From Alphaproteobacteria bacterium (lineage in GTDB: Bacteria; Pseudomonadota; Alphaproteobacteria; MPNO01; UBA830), in NCBI GenBank assembly GCA_965243135.1, contig OZ251539.1, positions 832,001-896,000 of the forward strand: DNA of 64,000 nucleotides, read 5' to 3'. The position numbers were made by a program, and so were the translations under genes. Below, piece after piece: positions 52,801 to 60,552 of the stretch; position 1 is the first letter of the stretch, and each line of letters begins with the position of its first letter. Under the pieces are notes generated by a model. The model saw only the letters and a program-made list of their open reading frames with translations. It was not told the DNA's origin and searched no databases.

Positions 52801-54928
52801 CGTGAAGGATTTGAACAAGGAGAACGTGCCCGCCATCAAGGTGATCTCGCGAGACGCCTACAACATCGTCGTCAACGTGCCCGCGGGCAGAGGGGTCCGT
52901 TCGACGGGCCACCATGGCATTCACGCCTACTACGCGGCGCTCGGCGAGAACAACGGGTCCATCAGCGTCACCGTCGCCGCTGGCGCGACCGTCAGCGGCG
53001 GCATGGCGGGGATCTACCTCGCCAACGCGGGCGGCGACGTCACGGTCGAGAGCGCCGGGACCGTCGGGGCGGGAACCGACGGCATCCGGGTCGTCAAGCC
53101 GGGGACCTCGGGCGACATCGCCATCACCGCCGCCGGCGGCGAGATCGACGCGGACGTCGGCGACGGCATCCGCGCCTACTACGCGACGCCCCACGACGAC
53201 AACGGGGCCATCGAGGTCACCGTGGCCGCGGGAACCAGCGTGACCGGCGGCAGGGCCGGCATCCACGTCGAGAACGCAGGACTGGATGCGGGCGGTCCCG
53301 GGACGGCCGACGACCTCCTGAAGCAGACCGTCACGGTGAACGGCACGGTGACGGGCGGGACGGACGCGGCCGTTCATCTGGTCGGCGGCGGCACGTTGGA
53401 GATCGGCGAGATGGGCAAGGTGCACGCCGGGTCTTCGGGCCGGGCGATCCTGGTCAACGATCCCGGACGGTCGGTGATCCGGATCCATGGCGAGGTGAAG
53501 GGTGGCGCGGGCGCGGACGCGGCAGTGGACGTCTCCGGAGGCGGCAGCATCACCGTCGGCCCGACGGGCAGCGTGAACGCGAACGGGGCGAACTCGGCGA
53601 TCATAGTCAGGCAGGGGACGACCGAGGTGGCGATCTACACCGCCGATGCCGTCGGCGCCATGCTGAACAAGAAAGGCATCCTTGACGCCATAGCAAGGGT
53701 GCGGGGAGGCTTTGACACCGGCGCGGGCGGAACGATCGTCGACAGGGACGGCGACCACCAGGTGACTTATGCCGTCGCCATCGTCGAGACCGATGGCGAT
53801 TTCACCACCGGCAGGTATCTGCCCCTGAATCTCGATAGCGAAGGCGAACCGATAGCCATAGGCGACCCGCGGTTCGAAGGTCTGCGGGACTGTCCTGACG
53901 CCAAGGATAAACTTGAGAACGGCGAATGCGTGCCGGGCGGCAATGGCAACGTGGACGACAACGGCGGCAACGTGGGTGTCCCTGTCGATTGCGCCCGTAT
54001 GGGCGAGAGCTGCCGCCTCTACGAGGCGCTGCCGTCGGCGCTGCTGGCGATGAACGGGCTGCCGACCTACGGGGAGCGCATGGCGGCGGCGCGGGACGGC
54101 AACGGCGGCTGGGCGCGAATCGACGGCGCGAGCGGCGAGTGGAAGGGGAAGAGCTCGACGCCCTCGACGCCGCCGGACGCGGCCTTCGACTACCGACGGT
54201 ACGGCGTGCGGGCGGGGGTGGACTTCGCCGTGGGCAACGACGGGCGGTTCGGCGTGTCGGTGCGCGGGCTGCAGGGCTCTGCGGAGATTGCGGGGGCCGG
54301 CGGCGAGATCGAGCTGTCGGGGGTCGGCGCGGGCGCGCACGGCACGGCGTTCCTCGGCGGCGGCTTCCACGTGGACGCGCAGGCGATGGCGACCTGGTAC
54401 GGCGTCAAGCTGACCGCCAGCCAAAGGGACATACAGGGCGAGATGCGGAAGAGGGTTCTGAAGGACGGCGCGAAGGCTCTGGGGCTGGCCCTCCGCGTCG
54501 AGGTCGGGCGGCGGACGGACATGGGCGGCGGTCTGACCGTGACGCCCGGCGCCGGCCTCTCCTGGTCCGAGGTGGACCTGAGCTTCGCGAGAAGCGTCAA
54601 CGAGCGCGTGTCGGTGGAGGACGCGCGGAGCCTCGTGGGCCGCGCCGGGTTGCGCGTCGAGATGGAGGACGGATTCCGGCTGTTCGGCTCGGTGGAGGCC
54701 ACCCACGAGTTCTCGGACAGGAGGTCGGCGCGGATCTCGGGGGCGCAGGTGGCATCGACGCCGCTGAGCGCGACCGAGGCGGAGAAGACGGGGTTCCGCC
54801 TCGGGGCCGGCGGCGCGCGCAGCTGGGAGGACGGGCGCTACGCGCTGCGTGCCTCCGCCGGATACGCCGCCCGCGGCATCGGCAACGGCGAATTCGACGG
54901 CGGAATCAGCCTCGCGATGCGCTTCTGA
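49892..54928 (+). CDS. Type Va autotransporter (adhesin-like beta-helical passenger plus C-terminal beta-barrel)
   Basis: Signal peptide ending EARA; G/T/N/A-rich TITN.G.I repeats; LYEALP linker; barrel starting GGWARIDG and ending LAMRF. Confidence 0.92.
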   Translation: MTRRERSFPARWALLAAAALLLAPGEARAVSECGSAIHLPITCTDTSYPDGIFYGGSDDNNHPRGNGPINVAGSSTATTTITSTSRMVVSGGTTTTSPSVGIYVYGLGGSRQWNDLNVGVTVDSMGEMTDAGHVVNIVQGTSTNNAADRNNGIYFQHRNQMGDSTVRVGRGVTIGSETTPMQQNGIFYHPRGLSSWGAGKATLISAATIFAAKQGIRLFRNPSNVYHPSFMRISDTSITNSGAIRSGEEGVYLYFAGPAGGAIHLGDATITNTGAITVSGAKYGIFMDYRGYGATEIDNAGTIAAATGSGIHLAHNNNGAATLTNRGAVDAATVGLRLGKYNGAGTVTFTNSGRVTVTADAAAGVGHALWLWEGGLATGGPATITNRGVLSSENHALFAEISPANAAALTLTNSGAVASEDGDGIRLARGVEGDVTFANGGTSTTGGDVSGRWHGVYVGKAARIDFDQTAGTISGRTGVYLEVTRENAMGDTRTEDADGNHVPAIDVDWTRGSIARGTAENDRGRFRAATAEQALSFDQESAAGKALEGTLHYGGPAGIEVHALSWRDVAAQVAKGDDPGAFADNAAQMAAVPTGATASNNDYVKQFRAALENADLAVATPVLTAIGTTATTAVSQLTDTQIVTYLQTNDADTRILLRNVLAQGLSDKEKAVLRAVATGDATALTSALNDADAGFPSDYKAAVQALLERYNVDDIRIAMTAGSIDSRGDGIRAYYATPHDDNGAISVTVADGVTVIGAVAGIYAANAGAMGTGNDRILKQTVTVNGTVTGGTDAAVYLAGGGTLTVGETGKVHAGSSGRAIRAGGRAVVRIDGEVRGGHGDAAPAVHLEGGGSRLTVGPTGRVALNDGAALAIQRDGTETELIVVQDPDLALEGGGFTRTSVEDAIERLGGTVGGEGDGDIEVAAGEPRPPNIPSVVLTLPEDGTALKPDNSRYGELPAARDLDPESGDVVKDLNKENVPAIKVISRDAYNIVVNVPAGRGVRSTGHHGIHAYYAALGENNGSISVTVAAGATVSGGMAGIYLANAGGDVTVESAGTVGAGTDGIRVVKPGTSGDIAITAAGGEIDADVGDGIRAYYATPHDDNGAIEVTVAAGTSVTGGRAGIHVENAGLDAGGPGTADDLLKQTVTVNGTVTGGTDAAVHLVGGGTLEIGEMGKVHAGSSGRAILVNDPGRSVIRIHGEVKGGAGADAAVDVSGGGSITVGPTGSVNANGANSAIIVRQGTTEVAIYTADAVGAMLNKKGILDAIARVRGGFDTGAGGTIVDRDGDHQVTYAVAIVETDGDFTTGRYLPLNLDSEGEPIAIGDPRFEGLRDCPDAKDKLENGECVPGGNGNVDDNGGNVGVPVDCARMGESCRLYEALPSALLAMNGLPTYGERMAAARDGNGGWARIDGASGEWKGKSSTPSTPPDAAFDYRRYGVRAGVDFAVGNDGRFGVSVRGLQGSAEIAGAGGEIELSGVGAGAHGTAFLGGGFHVDAQAMATWYGVKLTASQRDIQGEMRKRVLKDGAKALGLALRVEVGRRTDMGGGLTVTPGAGLSWSEVDLSFARSVNERVSVEDARSLVGRAGLRVEMEDGFRLFGSVEATHEFSDRRSARISGAQVASTPLSATEAEKTGFRLGAGGARSWEDGRYALRASAGYAARGIGNGEFDGGISLAMRF
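52073..53450 (+). repeat. Internal duplicated modules of the autotransporter
   Basis: 52073-52126 is identical to 53159-53212 (GDGIRAYYATPHDDNGAI). 52221-52355 is similar to 53316-53450 (LKQTVTVNGTVTGGTDAAV...GKVHAGSSGRAI). Confidence 0.9.
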
Positions 54929-55232
54929 AACCGCGGCGGGCCGGCCTCGTTTTGCGCGGACCGGGCGAAAGTTCGCGGTCCGACGAAAACGAAAGAATTC
55001 GCAGCCGGAAACCCGGGAGGCGGGCGACGCCGCCCGGGAAGCGGCGGAGGACGCGGGTATTCCGTCGACGGCGACCGGGGGGCCGGCGCTTCGAAGTTCC
55101 GGGGCGTTGCCCGGTTCTCCCCCGGCTTCGGCGCAGCAGACGGAGCGGCCCGGAAATTCGCGCCGCCTCATGCCGCCGACCGGACGGGCAGCCGACGAAA
55201 AACGGCGCCGCGCAAACGTCTCGAATCGGGTC

Positions 55233-55279
55233 TTGCAATCCGCGCTGCATTGCACTATAATGTCATTGTGCAATGCAGC
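55233..55279 (+). promoter_or_regulatory. Sigma70-type promoter overlapped by a 12-bp perfect inverted repeat (operator)
   Basis: TTGCAA (55233-38), 17 bp, TATAAT (55256-61). GCTGCATTGCAC (55244-55) and GTGCAATGCAGC (55268-79) flank the -10 box. Confidence 0.82.
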
Positions 55280-55298
55280 ATGGAGCGGGTACGGGGTA

Positions 55299-55508
55299 AT
55301 GACCAAGAGACAGAAGCAGATTCTGGATATAAAACGGCTCTTCAATCACGGGCCGTCGCCGTTTCGGACATGTCAGTGGCCTTTCGGCGAGCCGGGCACG
55401 AAAGAGTACCGTTATTGCGGCGCGCCGACGTTCGAAGGGTATTCATACTGCGCGAAGCATGTCGAGATGGCCTATCGCGAACCCGAGCCCCGGCGCAAGG
55501 TTGCCTGA
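55299..55508 (+). CDS. Small protein consisting only of the GcrA C-terminal domain
   Basis: 69 aa; CQWPFGEP..EYRYCG......YCAKHVEMAY matches the GcrA C-x-W-P-x-G-D-P..FCG..YC..H...AY signature. Confidence 0.82.
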   Translation: MTKRQKQILDIKRLFNHGPSPFRTCQWPFGEPGTKEYRYCGAPTFEGYSYCAKHVEMAYREPEPRRKVA

Positions 55509-56009
55509 ATCACTTGCGGCGAAGCCGCCGCGAAAGCGTCGATTCCGTTGCCGGACGCAGTTTCCCGGCGGAAGAGCCGGGAAAATTCCGCGCAACCGGC
55601 GGCCGAGCGCGTTCCGGTTTTTTCGGACAACCGCGAGAAGCGCGGCCGCCCGCGCTTGCGAACATCGCCAGGCGCAACGATTTTTTCGGCGCGAGGCGGG
55701 GCGTTCGGGAAGCCTCGTCCGCGCTCGTCGTTGTCCGGACGAATCGGGTTATCGGATTCCCCGAGAGGTTTCGCGAGAGCGAGGCTCCGCCGCGGAACGG
55801 GGACGCGCGGCGAATCGTTGCCGGGGGCCGGAGGTTTCGAAGCCCTCCCATGCGTTTTCTGCGGAAGATCCCGTGTTTCAGGTTCCGGAAACCGGCGTCT
55901 GCGGGCCGTTTTCCCGATCGTTTCGCCCTGCGCCGCTCGCGAGAAATTACCGGTGACCTGACGCCCGCCGACGGTTAGGATCGGGACGTCGTCCAATCGG
56001 GAGGTGGCC

Positions 56010-56858
56010 ATGATCGTTCAGACTGCCGCCGGGAACGAGCCCCGCTTCGTCATCCGCATGGCGGACCACATGGCGTTGGCCGCGCGGATGGCTCGCGCTT
56101 TCGGAAACGAAAATTTCGAGCCCGTGGGACCCGGAGAGGAAGCCCATTACGCCATCGCCAACCACGACGCCGGATGGGCCGACCTCGACTCGCGTTTCCC
56201 GATCGACCCCGAAACGGGATTTCCCTACGATCTCGCCGAAACGCCCTTCGAACTCATCAGCGAGACCAGCCGGGGTTCGCCGGATTTCAACGAGCGCCAT
56301 CACCCGTTCAGCGGGCTGCTCTCGAGCATGCATTCCTGGGGACTGTACAACGGGCGCTACGGGTTGTCCGACATCGTTTTGCTGGACAGGGTCGCGGAGC
56401 GGAATCGGGAGGAGGCGCGGTCGATGCTGGACCGCGAGCTGCAGCGCCAGAAGCGGCTGAAGCGCGCGTTGCGGGAGAATCCCCGGACCGCGCCGTGGGT
56501 TTCCGAACCGGTTCTGATGAAGACCTACAAACAGCTCCAGTTTTTCGACACGCTTGCGCTGTATTTCAATCGAATCCACGAGGGCGCCCGCGAAGCTGCG
56601 GTCTTTCCCCACGTGCCGAAATCGGAAACCGAGGATGCCGACGTCGCCGTTACCCCGCTTGGCGATGCGGTCTACGCTGCGGCTCCCTATCCTTTCTCCC
56701 GGGATCCGCTGACGCTGGAATTCGAGGGACGTTACATGAAACGGGGAGAGGTGCGGACTGCCGGGGATGCCGCCTTGCTTCCGGTGGATTCGCAGAGCGT
56801 GACGCTGCGGTCGGCCCGGCCGGCCGGCGACGCGTCGTCTTGCGGGGGAGAGGAATGA
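56010..56858 (+). CDS. DUF3891-like protein
   Basis: MIV.., DH..LA..MA..FGN, AIANHDAGW, LLSSMH and LQFFDTLAL pattern. Confidence 0.7.
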   Translation: MIVQTAAGNEPRFVIRMADHMALAARMARAFGNENFEPVGPGEEAHYAIANHDAGWADLDSRFPIDPETGFPYDLAETPFELISETSRGSPDFNERHHPFSGLLSSMHSWGLYNGRYGLSDIVLLDRVAERNREEARSMLDRELQRQKRLKRALRENPRTAPWVSEPVLMKTYKQLQFFDTLALYFNRIHEGAREAAVFPHVPKSETEDADVAVTPLGDAVYAAAPYPFSRDPLTLEFEGRYMKRGEVRTAGDAALLPVDSQSVTLRSARPAGDASSCGGEE

Positions 56859-56898
56859 CCGCAAGGACGCGTCGCGTCGACAGGTTGCGGACCGCGCC

Positions 56899-57936
56899 GT
56901 GAGCGGCGCTGTCGAGGCGCGCAAGCGCGAGCATATCGAAACCGTCCTCAACGAAGATGTCGCGGCCAAGGGCGTTACGACCGGTTTCGAGGAGTATTTT
57001 TTCGAGCACGCAGCGCTTCCCGAAATCGATTTCGACGGGATCGATTTGTCCTGCGACGTTTTCGGGCGGAGGCTTTCGGCGCCGTTCATGATTTCGAGCA
57101 TGACGGGCGGCGCCGAGCTCGCGCGCGACGTCAACCTGCGGCTTGCCGAGACCGCCCAGTCCCTCGGGATTGCGATGGGAGTGGGTTCGCAACGGGCGGC
57201 GCTCGAAAACCCTGGTCTCGAGGATACGTTCCGGGTCAGGTCCGTGGCTCCTGACGTTCTGCTTTTCGCCAATCTCGGGGCGGCGCAGCTCAACTGCGGA
57301 TTTGGCGCCGAAGAAGCTCTCCGCGCCGTCGAGATGATCGGGGCCGACGCGCTTTTTCTCCATCTCAACCCGCTGCAGGAAGCCGTTCAGGAGGGGGGAA
57401 ACCGCAACTGGTCCGGGATTCTGGGCAAGATCGAGACGATCGTCCGCGCCGTCGACGTGCCGGTCGCGGTCAAGGAAGTCGGCAACGGGATTTCTTCCGG
57501 CGTCGCCCGGAGACTGGCGAATGCCGGAGTCTCGGCGATCGACGTCGCGGGGGCAGGCGGAACCAGTTGGAGCGAGGTCGAAGCCTTTCGACGGACCGAT
57601 CCTTTCGCTGCGCGGGTAGCCCACAGCTTCGCCGGTTGGGGCATACCGACGGCGCGGGCGCTTGTCGCCGTTGCCGACGCCGTTCCCGGCGTTCCGGTAT
57701 TCGCGTCCGGCGGCATTCGCTCGGGTATCGATGCTGCGAAGGCGATCCGGTTGGGGGCTTCCCTCGTTTGCATGGCGGCGCCGATGCTCGGGACCTCCGT
57801 CTGCGCGGCGGGCGCGACCGGGGAAACCATGAGGGCCGCGATAGAAGAACTGCGGATCGCGATGTTTTGTACGGGCAGCCCGACCCTTGCGCGGTTGCGC
57901 AAGGCAGTCCTGCTGAAAGCCGGACGTCGTGCCTGA
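56899..57936 (+). CDS. fni: Type 2 isopentenyl-diphosphate delta-isomerase
   Basis: RKREHI, ISSMTGG, GVGSQR, HLNPLQE, KEVGNG and DVAGAGGTSW motifs. Confidence 0.95.
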   Translation: MSGAVEARKREHIETVLNEDVAAKGVTTGFEEYFFEHAALPEIDFDGIDLSCDVFGRRLSAPFMISSMTGGAELARDVNLRLAETAQSLGIAMGVGSQRAALENPGLEDTFRVRSVAPDVLLFANLGAAQLNCGFGAEEALRAVEMIGADALFLHLNPLQEAVQEGGNRNWSGILGKIETIVRAVDVPVAVKEVGNGISSGVARRLANAGVSAIDVAGAGGTSWSEVEAFRRTDPFAARVAHSFAGWGIPTARALVAVADAVPGVPVFASGGIRSGIDAAKAIRLGASLVCMAAPMLGTSVCAAGATGETMRAAIEELRIAMFCTGSPTLARLRKAVLLKAGRRA

Positions 57937-58639
57937 CGGCGAGCCGCCGCCGCTCCCGGTGCGCGAAGCGGGAACGACCGCGCCGCGGCCGAAGGACGCG
58001 GCGACCGTGATTGTCTGGCGCCGTCGCCGCGGACGAATCGAGGTGCTGATGGGGGAACGGCACAAGGCCCATTCGTTCATGCCCCAGCGTTACGTATTTC
58101 CCGGCGGTCGGGTCGACGCCGGAGACGCGCGGGTCAGAAGCGCGTCCGATATGGCTTCGACCGTGGCGGCGCAACTTGCGCGCACGACCCGGCCGGGCCG
58201 GGGCCGGTCCATCGTGACCGCAGCTGTCCGGGAAACGTTCGAGGAGACCGGCCTTCTGATCGGCGCGCGCGATCCGGAGCCGGAGAAGCCGGTTCCGCAG
58301 GGATGGGAGCGCTTCTTCGAAACCGGTCTCGCGCCCGCCCTCGACCGTCTCGTCTACGTCGCCAGAGCGATAACGCCGCCCTTCCGCCCGCAGCGCTTCG
58401 ACGCCAGGTTCTTCATGATCGAAGCGGACAAGACGCAAGGTCGCCTCCAGGGATCGGGCGAACTCGAGAAGCTCGACTGGGTTCCGCTCGGAGGCGCCGG
58501 CGGCATGGAACTCGCCGCGGTCACGCGCCGGGTTCTCGAATATGCCGGCGAACTGTTTTCGGGCGGCCATGTGCCTGACGGCAGAATCCCCATGTTCAGG
58601 TACGTGCCGAATGGACGCCATCTGTGCATCCTGCAATAG
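57929..58639 (+). CDS. NUDIX hydrolase
   Basis: DAATV, VFPGGRVD...AAVRETFEETGL and ITPP..P.RFDARFF motifs. Confidence 0.9.
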   Translation: MPDGEPPPLPVREAGTTAPRPKDAATVIVWRRRRGRIEVLMGERHKAHSFMPQRYVFPGGRVDAGDARVRSASDMASTVAAQLARTTRPGRGRSIVTAAVRETFEETGLLIGARDPEPEKPVPQGWERFFETGLAPALDRLVYVARAITPPFRPQRFDARFFMIEADKTQGRLQGSGELEKLDWVPLGGAGGMELAAVTRRVLEYAGELFSGGHVPDGRIPMFRYVPNGRHLCILQ

Positions 58640-58644
58640 GCTGG

Positions 58645-59397
58645 CTACATTTGCAGCACTTGGGGCCGCTCGCGCGCCAGCCGCCGCAGAAGAAAGGTCC
58701 AGCCGCGGTCGAACATCTTGTCGTTGAACAGGTATTCCTTGCTGCGTCGGCAGCCTTCGGCGGACGGCGGGTCCAGCTGACCGGCCGCCGTCGCCATAAG
58801 CTGGATTTCCGCTTCCCGCTCCATGGCATCCGCGAGAATGACGGCCGCCGGAATCGAGCGGGCCGCGGTGAGGAGGCCGTGATTCTTGAGCACCATGCAG
58901 GACCGGCCGCCGAGGCTTGCGGCCATGGCCTCGCCGGGCGCCTTGCCGAGCGCGACGCCGTCGTCCTCGTCGAAGAAGACGCACTCGTCGTGCAGCCGCG
59001 CGCCGCCCTGGGTGAGGACCCGTATGTTTTCGCCGACCGCGCTCAGCGCGGTTACGTGCCTGGCGTGGGTGTGAAGGATGCAGGTCACGTCCGGCCGGGC
59101 CGCGTATATTCGGGTGTGGATGTGGAGCGTCGGGTTGATGTCGACGTCCCCGCCGGAAAGGACGTTGAGCTCGAAATCCGCTTCGTGGATCAGCGCGGGC
59201 GTGACTTCGCCGAATCCGAAATTGTGGACGTGGAAGAAGAATGTCCCGGCCGCCGGCAACCGCGCCGTGAGATGGCTGCCCATGCCGCTCGGCTGTCCAA
59301 GCATGTCGACGACGTGGAAAGCGAACAGCAATTCCTGACGGAGCCGTTCGGGGCCCGGCTCCGTTTTCCGCATTTCCGGCAGGCGCGGATAGGTCAT
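58645..59397 (-). CDS. Class II aldolase/adducin family protein
   Basis: SHLTAR, IH..IY.ARPDV..ILHTH and LKNHGLL motifs. Confidence 0.9.
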   Translation of the reverse strand: MTYPRLPEMRKTEPGPERLRQELLFAFHVVDMLGQPSGMGSHLTARLPAAGTFFFHVHNFGFGEVTPALIHEADFELNVLSGGDVDINPTLHIHTRIYAARPDVTCILHTHARHVTALSAVGENIRVLTQGGARLHDECVFFDEDDGVALGKAPGEAMAASLGGRSCMVLKNHGLLTAARSIPAAVILADAMEREAEIQLMATAAGQLDPPSAEGCRRSKEYLFNDKMFDRGWTFLLRRLARERPQVLQM

Positions 59398-59410
59398 CCC
59401 GCTTCTCCTC

Positions 59411-59752
59411 TCAGACGAGACGGAGACGCGGGTTCAATGCCGCGAGCGCGTCGCGCAGCGTCGGGCTGCGCTTGATGCGTTGGCGCCCGTTATAGACGAC
59501 GAACTCGACCCGGCTCTCGGAGGGGCGGCGTTTGACGACGGAGCACGACGGCGACTGACTCGAGTAGCTGTACATGTGAAACGCCGCCATGCCCGGTTCG
59601 TGGCGAATCGCGTAATCCTTCCATTCTCCGTCGATGACCCGATGGCTGTAGACCGACAGGAGCTGCTCCAGTTCGCCGCGGTCGAAGCGAACGTCGCGGA
59701 GCGCGGGCCGATTCCGGGGTTTGTAGTCTGCGATGCGGAATATGGTCGCCAT
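59411..59752 (-). CDS. DUF2794-like protein
   Basis: FDRGEL.QLLSVY...V..GEWKDYAI...A.F; ends LRLV. Confidence 0.8.
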   Translation of the reverse strand: MATIFRIADYKPRNRPALRDVRFDRGELEQLLSVYSHRVIDGEWKDYAIRHEPGMAAFHMYSYSSQSPSCSVVKRRPSESRVEFVVYNGRQRIKRSPTLRDALAALNPRLRLV

Positions 59753-59886
59753 TGACGCTCGCCCGTTCCTCCCGTCCGTTCGGCTCAAGTCTTTCCTATT
59801 TGCGGAACGAGGTCCAGACCCGCGACAAGTTGCTTGGTCGAATGCCTGTGGGTATCATGCCCGCGCGATCAAATTGGAGCGGCCCT

Positions 59887-60552
59887 GTGGGCGATATTTT
59901 CCGCGAAGTCGACGAGGAGCTGAGGCAGGAAGGCTACGAGAAACTGTGGCGCCGGTACGGAAAGTACGTGATCGGCGTTGCGGTCGCGGCCGTTGTCGCG
60001 GTTGCGGGATGGAAAGGATGGGAGTCTTGGCAGGCGTCGCAGCGGCATGCCGAGGGCCTGCGATTTCAGACCGCGGTTGCGCTGGCTCAGGAAGGCAGGA
60101 TGGAGCAGGCGGCGGCGGCCTTTTCGGCGCTCGGCGCCGGGACCGATTCCGGTTACGGGCTGCTTTCGCGGTTTCATCAGGCCTCCTTGGCGGCCGAAGC
60201 CGGCGACGCCGCCGCTGCGGTCGAGATCTACGACGCCGTTTCGGCGGACAGCAGGGTCTCCGGGTCGATCCGGGATGCGGCGACGATCCTCGCCGGTCTT
60301 CACGCGCTTCGGGTTTCGTCGATCCCGGCGGACGCGATCGAGGCCAGGATAAGCCCCCTGGCGGCGGCCGGAAAGCCGTTCCGGCATATCGCGCTCGAAA
60401 TTCTGGCCTTGTCGGCGCATCGTTCCGGCTCCGCGGAAAAAGCGTTGGCGAGCTACAAGTCCATCGTTGACGACGCCGGGGCGCCGGCCGGCATTCGCGC
60501 CCGCGCGTCCCGGATGTTGGACATCCTCGATAACGGAGAAACCGCGAGATGA
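59887..60552 (+). CDS. YfgM-like TPR membrane protein
   Basis: DIFREVDEELR..LW..YG, single TM and TPR-like helices; upstream of bamB-der. Confidence 0.85.
   Translation: MGDIFREVDEELRQEGYEKLWRRYGKYVIGVAVAAVVAVAGWKGWESWQASQRHAEGLRFQTAVALAQEGRMEQAAAAFSALGAGTDSGYGLLSRFHQASLAAEAGDAAAAVEIYDAVSADSRVSGSIRDAATILAGLHALRVSSIPADAIEARISPLAAAGKPFRHIALEILALSAHRSGSAEKALASYKSIVDDAGAPAGIRARASRMLDILDNGETAR

Noticed and set aside
54947-54992. Hairpin after the autotransporter (tcgtttt..cggaccg..cggtccg..aaaacga) as an ncRNA
   Set aside because: More simply a terminator or mRNA-stabilising stem; no family features.
47452-55345. Long ORFs 47452-50070, 49709-52432 and 52703-55345
   Set aside because: They overlap well-supported genes and reflect GC3 bias. 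Only the 49747-49794 part of the first is relevant, as the possible autotransporter N-terminus.
55509-56009. 500-bp gap with small hairpins and several ORFs
   Set aside because: No credible protein, RBS or known RNA motif could be supported.
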